Origin: Blastocladiella emersonii ATCC 22665
Lineage: Eukaryota > Fungi > Blastocladiomycota
Length of the DNA stretch: 64,000 nucleotides
Direction of reading: 5' to 3'
Assembly (NCBI GenBank): GCA_025594325.1
Contig: JANHCV010000002.1
Span: 620,001-684,000, forward strand
The notes beneath the pieces were generated by a model that saw only the letters and a program-made list of their open reading frames with translations, was not told the origin of the DNA and ran no database searches. The position numbers and the translations under genes are program-made. Below are positions 40,721 through 53,000 of the stretch, in pieces; the first letter of the stretch is position 1; each line of letters begins with the position of its first letter.

Positions 40721-41545
40721 GCTGCTGAGCGTTGACTTTTGAAAAGCGCGTATTTAAGTTATAGGCTGTCTTGCACCATGGACGCCTACAGGCTCACGTA
40801 CATGTCATGCTTCGCGTCGTCGGCGTTCACGCTACGCCGACTGCTCTGCGATACGACGATGTATTTCTTCGTCGCCATTGGCTTGCATCTCGTCGCATCG
40901 GTCCTCGGTCTCACGAACACCGTCAAAGCCCTGCACTCTGCATGTCCTGTTCTCGGCGAAGAACGATGCGGCTATGTGGGCCGCGTGCGCCGCGGCCGCG
41001 GCAACGTCCCGCAGCGCGTCGCAGGGCGGGCTCACGGGCGGGTCGACGTCGTCGAGCACGAGCCGTAGCGTGACTATGAGCGGGCCGTCGTTTGGTGCGC
41101 CGTCGACGGGAAACCTCGCCCGAAACAGCTGCAGAGGCATCATTCACGGATTGAACGCACAGCTCGGCGCACCGGCGTCGTCTGGAACGCGCGCGTCGAG
41201 TTCAATGCTCCTCGAGTCGCCGCTCAAGGGATCCGGCGCCATGGGATCGAGCTCGGGCCGGCTCGCGGCGCCGTCGGGGCTGCCCGTGTCAACGATCGAG
41301 TTGCGCGATTAGTGTCGCGGAAGAAGTGAGTGTTCTATAGATGCGAATTGTGACAGATCACGGTGGGTGGTGATCAAGGACATGGTCAAAACGGCCATGA
41401 CCACGACCAGGAGCAGCTGGCTTATGATAGAGTAAAAAACCATCGCGTAGAGCTCACTCACACTGGAGTCAGACGACAAGGTCATATAGCACGGAAATGG
41501 TTTGTATTCACACCGGATATAGGCATCTCCGCCGCACGCTCGAGC

Positions 41546-42700
41546 TTACGAACGCTTGTTGCCGCGCGTCGGCGAATGAGGACGGCGCAGGTCCTGCTGC
41601 TGCTTCTGCTGCTGGGCGGCCGGGGCCTGCTTCTGCTGAGCGGGAGCAGCCTGCTTGGTCTGGGCCGCGGCAGGCGCCTGATTGGCCTGGGGCGACTGAG
41701 CGCGCTGTTGTTGCTGAGCGGGAGCGGCCTGCTTGAGCTGCGGCGACTGAGCGCGCTGCTGCTGAGTGGGCGCCTGCTTGGCGGCGGGAGCAGCCTGCTT
41801 CGACTGCGGCGAGAGCGGACGCGCCGCGGCCGCCCGCTGCTGCTGCTTGAGTTGGGGCTGCGCCGACTGAGCGCGAGCCTGCTGCTGCTGAGGCGCGGCC
41901 TGCTTGAGCTGCGGCGACTGAGCACGAGCCTGAGCGGGGGCGGCCTTCTGCTGCTGCGGGGCGGCGGCCTTGAGCTGCTGCTGCTGAGGCGCGGCGGCCT
42001 GCTTGGGCTGAGCCGACTGCGCGCGCAAAGCAGCCGACTGCTGCTGCTGCTTCTGCTGATCGGGAGCCTGCTTGAGCTGCTGGGCGGGCGCAGCCTGCTT
42101 GATCTGGGCCGGAGCGGCCTGCTTGACCTGCGCCGACTGGGCGCGCTGCTGCTGCTGAGCGGGCGCCGCGGCCTGCTGCGAGCGGACCTGCTGCGCCTGC
42201 TGCTTCGGGAGCTGCGGCGCCATCCACTGCGGGACGCGGGCCTCGTCGAACATCCACGCGCCCGAGAGGAACGCGTCGTCGGGGTGCTCGCGAACGGGCG
42301 ATGCGCGGTACACCTGCGCGGCCGCGGCAGCCTGCTGCTGCTTGGGCTGCGCCGACTGGGCGCGGGCGGTGGCCTGCTGAGGAGTGGCCTGCGCCTGCTT
42401 AAGCTGAGGCGACTGGGCACGCGCCTGGACGGGTGCGGCCGCGGCCTTCTGCTGCTGCGGGGCGGCGGCGGCCTGCTTGGGCTGCGCCGACTGCGCGCGA
42501 GCCTGCTGCTGAGGAGCGACCTGCTGCTTGGCCTGGGGCGGCTGAGCATGGGCCGGAGCGGCCTGCTGCTGCTTGGCCGGCTGCTGCTGCTGCTGCAACT
42601 TGGCGGCGGCGGGCGCCTGCATGGTCTTGGCGTTGGCGGCCTGGGCCTGCTGCTGGTGAACAGCCTGGCGTTGGGCGGAGTTGATCTGAGTGCGACCCAT
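41546..42700 (-). CDS. 384-aa Gln/Ala-rich repeat protein with nine RAQS(A/P)Q motifs
   Basis: ATG in a CCAAC ATG context; TATAAA on the minus strand at 42784-42789; strong codon bias; one unique central segment (EHPDDAFLSGAWMFDEARVPQWM). Confidence 0.8.
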   Translation of the reverse strand: MGRTQINSAQRQAVHQQQAQAANAKTMQAPAAAKLQQQQQPAKQQQAAPAHAQPPQAKQQVAPQQQARAQSAQPKQAAAAPQQQKAAAAPVQARAQSPQLKQAQATPQQATARAQSAQPKQQQAAAAAQVYRASPVREHPDDAFLSGAWMFDEARVPQWMAPQLPKQQAQQVRSQQAAAPAQQQQRAQSAQVKQAAPAQIKQAAPAQQLKQAPDQQKQQQQSAALRAQSAQPKQAAAPQQQQLKAAAPQQQKAAPAQARAQSPQLKQAAPQQQQARAQSAQPQLKQQQRAAAARPLSPQSKQAAPAAKQAPTQQQRAQSPQLKQAAPAQQQQRAQSPQANQAPAAAQTKQAAPAQQKQAPAAQQQKQQQDLRRPHSPTRGNKRS

Positions 42701-44840
42701 GTTGGAAAGGATAAGGTGAGACTTGATGCTTCTTGAGATGCAAGAGTGAGGAACAGGTCGAGGAGGGCGAGGCGGACCCGATCTTTATAGGGTCGGTCCC
42801 GCTCGCTGCTGCGCTGCAGCGATGCACGCCTCACTCGCGAGCCAGCGCAGCATGCATTAGCGGAGTGCGACTGACTGCCGACTGACTGGTACTGCGGAGC
42901 GGCGTGCGAGACATGATGCGAGACAGCCGGACCGCGACCACTCAGCGCGCGCCGCGGTCACGCTGTGGCTGATCTCACGCGTTCCGCCACACCAGCCCGC
43001 CCTCCACGCATCGAACTTTAAGCAGTGCTGACCGATTATTCAAGGGTCCGATAAACCCGTGCCAGAGAAAGGACAACATACCCGGCTTGCGGGGTCCCTT
43101 TGACTCGCTTCGCTGACCGCGGCCACGTTGGCTGAAGCCGGCGAGCGCTCAAGACTCAGACCGAGTCTAACGCGTTGCGGCGATTTGGGAACTCGGCGCT
43201 GCTTTTCAGCCACTCGCGTCGTCACGCACGCGAGTGGGAGCGGGACTCGGATGCGCGACTGTGACGTCCTCCTTGACCAGCGTCCCGACGACCACGTCTC
43301 GCTGCTGTTCGACTTACTCAAAGTAGTGACTGTAATATGTTTTGCGGCGCGGCGTTGTGCCGAACACATGGAGCAGGAAGGGCAGAGGTGCATGCCGCCG
43401 GACCACGGCCGTGGAAAAGTGATGAGAACCGATTCTATGAATACAACCTGAACAGAAACCCGTCCCACGCGTTGTACCCGCCACGGGCGTGGACCAGATC
43501 GGGTGAAAGACGGCACCCGCGCCTTCGCTGCCCGTGGTCGGAACGACTGGCACTGCACCCGTCGATGCGGTCGAGCTGCCGAACGCGAACGAGGCCCTCG
43601 CCGCGCTGCCGTTACCCATGGACGTACCCATGGACAACCCAAGCCGTCGCCCAGCACGCGCAGCTGGCCCCGCAACCCCGCGACCCGCCGCCGCGCGGCG
43701 GACCTGACCGGTGCCGTGGTCGGTAGCTTTGCTGCGATCTGCGCGTTTCGCACGTCAAACTCAGCGATCGCACACCTTGTGTCGCACGTTGTGACGGCCA
43801 CGAGCGTGTCGCATGGCGAGACCGATACGCGGGAACCCATGGACCGCGCCTTGTCGCGCGTGCGAGGGTGGGACCGCCGTGGCTGCCGTCGCGAGCGACG
43901 GGAGGAACCGCGCCGCGGGATCGTCGAGTGCCACGTCGGATCCACCGACGCCGGATGCAAGTTTGGTCCCTGTAGTACCCGTGTTCGCGTCGGCGGTGCA
44001 CAACGTCTTGCCGGACGTGGCGTGGACGGTGAGCGGGCTTGGCGTCGCGTTGTACTCGGCCATGGCCGTGATCCCGTGCGACCCGTCGGGCGCGGCCGCG
44101 AACCACACGCGCTTGTTCATGGACGCGGCTAGCCAGCGCGGCGCAATGTCGACAAGTGACACAGAGCCGGTGAGCGTCGTGCGCTTCTTGATCCCACCGC
44201 CGACCGTGTCCGTTGCGGACGTGCGGTACTTGAGCAGCTCGACGCGGTCACGCGCGGCGACGAGAAGGAACTTCGACTGGTGATGGGTTTCTCGTGGAGA
44301 AAGGCAGCGGCGAGTTCGGTGGCAGCCGGAAGCTCACAGTCGGCCAGAACAAAGAGGAGGACCTACGCGCCGTTGCTCGAGCAACGGCAATCCGCTCGCC
44401 CGAGACGAGGCGGCCTGCCGCGATCACAGCGCGCGACCGTGAGGGCGCTACTGAGCGCGGAGAGAGCGCCGGTCCGCACGATACGTCCGTTTCCCTTCCC
44501 TATTGGGTTATGGCCTGAGACAAACACGGTGATGGCCGCAACGGGGCCGCGGGACTTTTTGCTCGACGCGTGGGGTCCGTGGACGCGTTGCGATATCAGC
44601 CGGTCTCACGTTTTTAAGTCCGTGGCGAGTGAGTCCCGCACTTTCGGGGGCCTCCCGCTCGCCGCCACCATCCCATCGGCCGCATCGGCACCCCTACCGA
44701 CCTGCACCCCCCACTGTTCGACTCTGATGAAGCTGTAAGCGCCCGCAACGCGAACCCCACGCACTCCACTCGCTGCTGCCCTCGGTGACGCGCCTTCGCC
44801 CCGTACCCGCTCGTCTCCCCGTCTCGCCCGTGCCGCCAAA

Positions 44841-47506
44841 ATGGAGCGTGGCGGAACCGCCCGCAAACGCGCTGCGCCGGGCAAGTCGGCTCAGCCGGCC
44901 AAGCGCGCCAACACGGGCTCGTCATCCACCGTCGCCTCGTCGCGGACGCGGCGCGCCGGCACCATGCTCCCGCAGGCGGCCCCGCCTCCTCTGCTCCCGC
45001 AAGCGGCCATTGCCAGCCAATTAGCGCGTACCCAAAGTGACCCGCGCGCTGCGCTCCTGGACTTGCCGTTCTGCTCTACCGCGCAGACGAGAGTGGTCAG
45101 TCACGCGGTTCCTTCGCCCGAAGGTGCTTGCTTCGTGTGCCCGTACACCGACTGCGGCAAGGTACTCGACTAGCGCTGCTTGACTTGCAGCGATGGAAGT
45201 GTCTGATTCACGTCTCGCTTAGACTTTCCGCAAGCACGTCGATGATCACGGCGCAGTGGCGATGTGGGTGGCCGTCCAGGAGCACTTGGAGATTGAGCTT
45301 GAGCGCCGAAACGTCGCCGGTGCCGGTAGGGCCGAGGGCAAGCTGGGCAGTCGCGGCGCGAAGCGACCTCCTAAAAAGTACGATCATTCCATCATCCGCC
45401 GTGATCGCCCGCGCTCACACTCTGCTGGCCCATGTAGGCGAATTTGCGATCTTGTGCGCACTCTCGAGCGTCCCGCTCAACATTCCACGCCGGACGCGAG
45501 CGTTTTGCATGGTTTTGGCTTGGTAAGTCCCCTCGCTGCTGATCTATGCTCAAAGCTGACAGCATGCTCAACTCAACATCACTGCGTCGCCTTGTAGCCC
45601 TCGTCATCCGAACATGAAGGCCATGTCAATCCATTGACGGCGTCGCAATCCAAGCGGCCTGCAGCGAAGCCGCTCGCCGAGACGTCGCGCCTGAAGCGGC
45701 GACGCATCACGCTCAGCCTCGCCGATTTTCCTCGGTGCACCGCCCACCCGCAGCAGCAGGCCGCGTCCACGCCCGAAAGGTCGCGCTCGCCGCGCACCAG
45801 TCTCGCCAACTCGACGCCGCCATCACCATCGGCTTCGGCGCCTCCACCGCCGCCGGAGGAAGGGGAAGATGACGGGTGGGACCTCAGCGAGGACTCTGAG
45901 CTCGACGACCAGCTCCCCGCCAACTACCGCTCCACGTTCGAGCAGTGGAGCCCGGTTCGCGGCACTGCTTCGTCGCCCACACCGCCCGCGCCATCATCCT
46001 CATCGCCTCCGCCGCCTTCGCCCCGCATGGTGATTCGGCCGCGCGCCGTGACGCCGCCTCGCGCTTCCCCACCACCTCGCTCTTCGCCACCACCGCGCAG
46101 CTCTTCGCCGCCTCGTGCCCCATCGCCCATCGACGTACCCTCCTCACCCTCAGTCGTTGACGTTTCCTCAGCCTCACCGACTCCACCTCGTGCACCGACT
46201 CCACCTCGCGCACCTCGCGCACCGACCCCACCGCGCGCGCCGCCGCTGCCACGTGCGTCGCAGCATGTCGAGGTCATCGAGATCGACGACAGCGACGAGG
46301 AGGACGCCGCGGACGCCACGGCGCCGACTGCGCCTGGCGCGATCCCGCGGACCAGCACGCGGCCGGTCGAGGAGGTGATCGTGGAGGATAGCGACGAGGA
46401 GGAGGAGCGTGTCGACCCCCGTCGCGGACCCACGCCATCACCTCCCGCCAGCGGTTCAAGCGGGTCGTCGTCCGCATCCGTCTCGCGCGACGTTTCGCGC
46501 AACGCCGGCGGGTTTGGCGTGCGAGCTGGGTCGCCGTCGGTCCCACCTCGCGCGTCGGCCCACGCTGGTGGGTTTGGTGGGCGACGCGCGTCCGTTTCTG
46601 ACTCGCGCGACGCGTCAAGTCAGACGGGCGGATCAAGCAGGCGACGCGGGTCGACGTCATCCGGGTCGCAGGGCACGCCGTGGCACGGGCTCGGATCGAG
46701 CGGGCGACGTGGTTCAGCGTCATTCAGCTCGCACGACACGCAGCACGGCAGCGGATCGAGCGGGCGACGCGGGTCGGCGTCATTCGCCGCGAGCAGCGCG
46801 CCAAGCGGCTCGCCGCCACCTGCCTTGCGCGGCGAGTTGCTGCGCTCCCGTGAGTCAGGCGGGCGCAACGGGCCACCACCCGCCGCGAGCAGCAGCACAT
46901 CGAGCAGTCGCGGTAGCCCGCCGTCGGCTTCGCACGGCGCGTCGCGGCACGCCAGTGGCTCGAGTGGGCGGGACCTACCGCCATCCGCCGCTGCGAGCAG
47001 CAGCAGCAGCAGCGCGTCGCGGCCCGTCAGCGAGCTCGTCGTCGTCAGTGACAGCGACGAGGAGCGGGACCCGGGTCGGCGTCGAACGAGCAGCAGTCAC
47101 CCCAACGTCGTCGCGGTATCCAGCGACGAGGAGCAGGGCGCGGGTTGGCGTCCACCGAGCAGAAGCCAAGCCGAAGTCGTTGCGGTGTCCAGCGACTCGG
47201 ACAGCGGCGACGACGACATCGTGGTGGGTAACTGGGTCTCTCAGCGAGGTACGTGCTTCTGCTTCTAATCCGCGCGACGGTCCACACGATCGAGTGAGTG
47301 GAGTGTATATTGACAGTTGCGCTTGAATGTGCAATGTAGCAGCCGCGCCGCCAGCTCGCCTCCCGCCGTACATGCACGCGCCGGCCGTGATCCCCGGTAC
47401 GCGGCGCAACAGCGCCAGCACGAGAAACAGCGGCGTGTCGAGCAGCAGCAGCAGCAGGCCGCGGCCGTCAGCGACTGAGACCATCGAGATAAGTGACTCG
47501 GACTGA
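44841..47506 (+). CDS. Predicted 4-exon gene: C2H2-like finger plus a disordered region with at least 6 SIM-like motifs
   Basis: Introns 45162-45222, 45523-45597 (GTAAGT donor, GCTGAC branch, TAG acceptor) and 47249-47339 each join the frames correctly. The product contains CPYTDCGKTFRKHVDDH and ends TIEISDSD. Confidence 0.65.
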
Positions 47507-47575
47507 GCACGGCCTCGAAGAGCGCCGCGAGCTGGATATCACTACACAACCGTTTTTCTCTTTGTTAGCTCATCG

Positions 47576-49614
47576 TCATCGTCTCCCTCCGTGTCGTGCG
47601 AGACAGCCGCGGGCACAAGCACCCCATGACGACCGACTCGAGCAGCACGGTGTAGTGCTCGCCGGCGAGGTCGGTCGACTCGCTCGCTGTAGTGCAGCCA
47701 GGCGGACGCTGTTAGAGTTGAGCAGGTCGACGCACGCGCGGTCTGCGGCAGCGACGGAACACGCGGTCCACGACGGCGCCCTCGGCGCGCCACTCGAGCT
47801 TGAGCTTGGCGTGCAGCGCCTGCGCCAAGTAGTCCTCTGGCCCTGGTCGTCCTCGAGCATCGCCTTCTCGAGCAATCGGTCGTTTCCGCCGCGGACGCGA
47901 CCCGACCCGACAGGTGCAGGGGCTGGTGCCCGTCCTGGACTACACGCGCGTGCGAGGCGAGGTGTGGCGGTGAGTTTGGGAGGTCGGTGAGAGCGTGAGG
48001 AAGCGGGTGGGCGGCGTACCGCTATGGACGAAAAGCTTGAGCGCCTCAATGGGCGCCAAGTCGTGGAGCTGCTGGCCGTGGGGGCGCGGGTGGCAACGAC
48101 GCGCGCGTAAGTGCCGGCTTGGGCGCGGGGCGCTGCGGGGTCGGCGGCCGAGGTGGGGTTGCGGGCGTGCGCCTGGCCGAGGGCAGCGACGTCGCTGCTG
48201 CCATGTGCGGCGTGGGGGGCGACGACGACGACGGGGTTGACAGGGGCGACCGTCGATGCGGTGCCACGCGGAACGCGCGACCGTTGCTGCAGCACAAACA
48301 CCTTGTTGAACAGCTGCGTGAGGTAGCGGGCACGCTTGGGGCCGGCCGGCATGCGCGCGAGCGCGTTGAGCGCGACCTGGGCCGGCCGGTACTCGGGATG
48401 GGCAGCGCACAGCTGGTCCATGTTCTCGGCGAGGTCTCGGGCACTCTTGACGAGCGAGGGCTCGGTGATCCCGGCGCCGGTCCCGCGCTTGACGAGCGGC
48501 AGCTCCGGAAGCTTTTGCAGCCCTTCCTCGAGCAGCGTGCCGAGATGGCCGAGTTCTCGCGGGCACCGAAGCAGCTTGCAGTCGTCGGCGAGGTGTTGCT
48601 CGATACGCGGTTGTTTCGGGTTGACGTTGACCTTGGACCTGGCCTTGGACCGGCAGTAGACGCACTTGAGCTTGCTGCTGGTCGTTGGAGCAGCGGAGAG
48701 GGCGAGAGCGGCGGCAGGACCTTGGTTGTGACACGGTCGAGTCGAGGGCGAAGACGACGAGCGACAGTAGCAGGGAGTTGAAGGTGGAGGTGGAGTAAAA
48801 GAGAAGGAAACCGACGCCAGTTGGCCGACGCGACCCGATGATGGCGCACCCGACGACGTCGCGGCGGCGATCGCGCTCTTGCGCACGCCGGCCGAGGTGA
48901 TCTTCGACGACACGGACACGGGCGCGGGCCCCTTGCGCTTGATCAGCGACGGATCCTTGGTCAGCGTCACCGACTTGGGCGACGACGGCGCGTCGTGCGA
49001 CGCAGCGGCGCGTGGCGCAGCGGCCGCCGAGTAGCTAGAGTCGGTGCTCTCTAGCACGTCGGCGGGGCGCTCTTGGACGTGTTGAAGGCCACCGAACCGC
49101 TGTTGTTGCCGCTGCTGCTGGTGGTACTGGCCGCGGGCGGGCTGCTCGACAACGGCGCGATCTTGGAGACGGACACAGTCGCGCTCGCGCTCGCGCTCGC
49201 GGTGGCGGGCACCGACCCGGGCGACGGCGGCGGCGAGGCGAGGTTGGACGAGGGCACCGGCGGGCTCTGAGGCCGGGGAACTTGCGGCTCAGGAGCAGCG
49301 GCGGTTGGCGAAGATGATGGTGCGGGGGCAGTCGGCAGCTCGTGCACCGCGATCCGCGCCGCAATGGCCTGCTCCACGGCGCCGAGCTGGGCCACTTCGT
49401 TGCGGGTATGTTCCAGCAGCACGCGCGCCGTGCCGAGTCGCAGGCGGGTCATGGCTTGTGCCGCACGCGCTCGGTCGAGCGACATGGACGCCAGGCCGGG
49501 CGGCTCGAGCGCCGACAGCGCGCCAGACGTCGACGTCGACGACGTCTCGCCGAGCAGCGGCTGAGGCTGTGGCGGCGGCGGTGCGGCGGTCCCGTGTTCT
49601 TGGATCGGATGCAT
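47576..49614 (-). CDS. Hypothetical protein with a BED-like zinc finger; two ORFs joined by an unresolved intron or frameshift near 49050
   Basis: KLKCVYC-x19-H-x4-C (…PRIEQHLADDC). The upstream ORF begins MHPIQEHG at 49614. An intron-like segment lies at about 48020-47943. Confidence 0.45.
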
Positions 49615-50057
49615 GGTGTTGAACGAGTGCCTCCGTGCGGCTTCAGGAGCGAGAGCGAGGAGTCGTGGATCGGATCGCACATTATCAGGGGCGCGAGCAT
49701 GAGGGCCAAGTGGGAGACACTCTCTCAACGCGCGCGCATGTGTGTCCCGCATTCGGGCGTGGGCTGTGGCGCAGCGCGTCTCCCGCGTTTCACGCGGGTG
49801 GCTCAGCTCGCATGTGTGCGTGTGCGGGCTCGATCGAGCTTCAGGGAGAAACGTGGGATGATTCGTCGTGCACCGCATCAGCAGTTGCCGCTCAAACTCC
49901 TTTACTCAGAGGTTTCATGAGAGCGGTGCGATGCGAAGACGAAGCAACAAACGAACGAGTGAGGAATTGGTGTATATCTAACGTGTCCAAAAGCTGCAAA
50001 AAATTTGAGAGAGAGCTATGTGTACAAGGAGGAGAGAGGTAGGGGAAGAAGGGCTGA

Positions 50058-53000
50058 CTAGTTGGCCGCCGTAGCCGCCATGGCGTCGAGCACCTGGTCG
50101 ATGGTCGTGTTGATCCAGCCGCGCATCGGCGAGAGGTCGACGCCGAACCGGCCCTCGAGCTGCGCGCGCACGCCCTTCTTGGTCACCTGCATCAGGTCGC
50201 TCGACTGCAGGATGCGGCAGATCTCGGCCGTCAGCATGTCCTCGGTCGGCATCGCCGCGGCCGCGGACCCCGCCGAGACGGGCGCCATCGACGGACCACT
50301 ACCGCCGCCGCCGTACAGCGTCATGGAAGAGCCAGTCGCCGGCGGACCGTACCCGACAGGCTGCAGGAGCGGCGACGGCGCGCCGCCGAAGCTGCCGGTC
50401 GGCGTAACGGGCCGCGGCGGGCCGGGCGACACGGGCGCCATGCCGGGCGTCGCGTACATGCGGAGCGACTGGAGCGACGCGCTGTGCGAGAGCATCATCA
50501 TTTCCGAGGGCGCGCGGGGCGAGGGTGCGGCGCCGAAATGCGGCGACGTGGCCGCGTAGCCGCCCGAGGAGAAGGTCATGGGCGGGACGGGGAGGCCCGA
50601 CGAGCGGACCGAGACAGCGACTGAGTGCAGCGAGGCCGTGTCGTCGTCGAGGTCGACGCCGCCGCTGTGCGCGGACGCGTTCTCCCAGTCGGCACCGATC
50701 TGCGACCCGGCGATGCTCGCCGTCAGCGCGCGCTCGACGTTGGCGTCGTGCTCGGCGCGGCGCACCAGGTACTCGTTGTACGTCCACTGCGGGAGGCGCG
50801 CCGGATCCTCGTCGAAGGCGGACACGGGCGACTCCATGGTCTGCGCGCGGTTCGCGGACGGATCCTGGTCGTTCACCCGAGCTGTGTGGCCCCAGCTGAA
50901 TTCGTCCTGCCTCCAGAACTACAGCGGGAAGTTTGGTGAGTGGGAGTCGCGAAAACGGTGACAAGAGAAGCGAGGCGTACCGAGTAGAGCGGGATCAGGA
51001 AACCGTAGAGCGGGATGGCCAGGATGTAGATGAACATCCACACGATGTGCGCAAACTCGCGCTTGAGGATGAACACGACGGCCTGCGCGCCGTAGATGGC
51101 CGCGAGCATGATGAACGAGATCATGACCACGTTGAGCGACTTGTTGTTGATGACGGCGTCGACAGTGAGGTAGATGAGGTCTAAGGAATCGAGTGTCAGC
51201 GTTGTCCGAGTACGATAAGCGAACGAACGAACGTACAGCCGAGGTAGACGACCATGGCGGGCTGGACCAGGGTGGCGAGGAGCTCGATTCCGACGATCCA
51301 GCGCATCGAGAAGCAGCAGAAGCCGCACATGTTCTTCACGTTGAGCAGCTCGAGCAGGTTGTGGATGGTCGAGTTGATCCATCGGCGACGCTGCGAGAGC
51401 AGGACCGAAAACTTCTCGGGCGCCGTCGTGTACGCGAGCGCCGACGGCGTGAACTTCTACACGCATCGAGATCATCCGAGATCGAGGTGGATTGAGGGTC
51501 AGCAAAGTCCCCAGCGAGGAGTCATGACGCAAGTGAGCGAGCGAGCGAGACGCACCGTCTTGAGCCGGCTGTGCACGCTGAGGACCAGCGTCGTCAGGTA
51601 CCGGTCCTCGCCGAGCGCGAGCAGGTTCTTCTTGTGCAGCGTGTTGACGTTGGTGTCGGCGTAGGCGTCGACGACCTTGTCGTGGACGAGCAGCGGCTTG
51701 GTCTTGCCGGCCGAGAAGATGCGGTACATGCAGAAGCACCCGGGGAGGCAGGTCACGGTGCCAAAGACCGACTCGAAGGCCTACGTATGCGCGCGCGATC
51801 GTGGTGTCAGTTACCGCTGCTGCTTCTCGCCCTCGGTCAGAACCACCACGAAACGAGCGGCGTGCGTACCTTGGAGAGATGGTGCGAGATGAAATACTCG
51901 TACGGCTGGATCATGGTGGTGAACGAGTCCTTTTCGTTGGCGAGCTTGGTCTCGCCGCACACGCCGACAATCTCCGTGTCGGTCATGCAGTACGCGACGA
52001 GCTGGTTGAGCGAGTCCTTGTCGACCGTGGTGTCGGCGTCGACCATGAGCATGTACTCGTACCACTTGGGGTCGACGCCGATGATGCGCTCAATGTGGTT
52101 GCGCAGCTCGTGCTCGAGCGGCGTCATGGCCTTGTTCATGTGCAGCCGGTTGAGGAACCGCATCAGGATCATCTGCGAGTCGCGCTTGCCGCGGTTGCCC
52201 GGGCGGCTGACCTCGGTCGGCTTGCCGCACTTGACGACGACGACGAAGGGCACGAGCCGGCCCTCGATCTCGTACAGGCCCGAGTACACGCGCGCCATGT
52301 TGGTCTGCATGCCGGGGCCCTCGCCGACCGACTCGTAGGCGAGCGCGGGCGCGAGGTCGTAGGTCGCGGGGTCGATGCCGAGCACGTCAAGGACAATGTG
52401 CGGCGTGGGGCGGTCGTTGCCGCGGCCGACGATCATGCCGTCGCACAGCACGACGATCAGCTTGCGCTTGTCGTCGTAGTTGAGGGTGGCGAGCGAGTGT
52501 AGCGTCTTGCGCATCGAGTCCTCGTCCTCGGTGTAGCACGGCACCTGCATCATGACAAACTTGTCCATGTTCTCGGGCGTGAAGTGCGACCGCGGGAGCA
52601 GCAGCGACGCGAGGAACTTGATGGCGATGATGGTGACCATGAACGCGGACATGGCGAGCAGGATCCAGTCGGCGTACAGGCACTTGGGCGTGAGCCGCTC
52701 GTCGAGGACGGCCTCGGCAAAGACCGCGTCCATGCACCGCTTGAGGGCGGCGCCGCGGAAGTTGCCGTCGTTGGCGTTCCACGCGCGCGCCATGAACGCC
52801 GTGTCGCCCGACAGGTCGTAGTTGCCGAGCGCCGCCTGCTGCATGACGTGGTCGTCGACGCGGCGCACGTCGCCGTCGGCGGTCAGGAACCGGAGCGACC
52901 CGAGGAACTGCTGGTCGCGCGGCAGCGCCATGTACGATGTCAGGTCGTACACGACGCCCTGCACGATGAACCGGCGCCGCTGCATGTCGATCTGCGGGTT

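Noticed and set aside
39564-40748. TTTGAAAGCG (about 39565) and TTTGAAAAGCG (about 40738) as element boundaries
   Set aside because: Short, imperfect and direct rather than inverted; no TIR pair or clear target-site duplication was found. Other copies are needed to define the ends.
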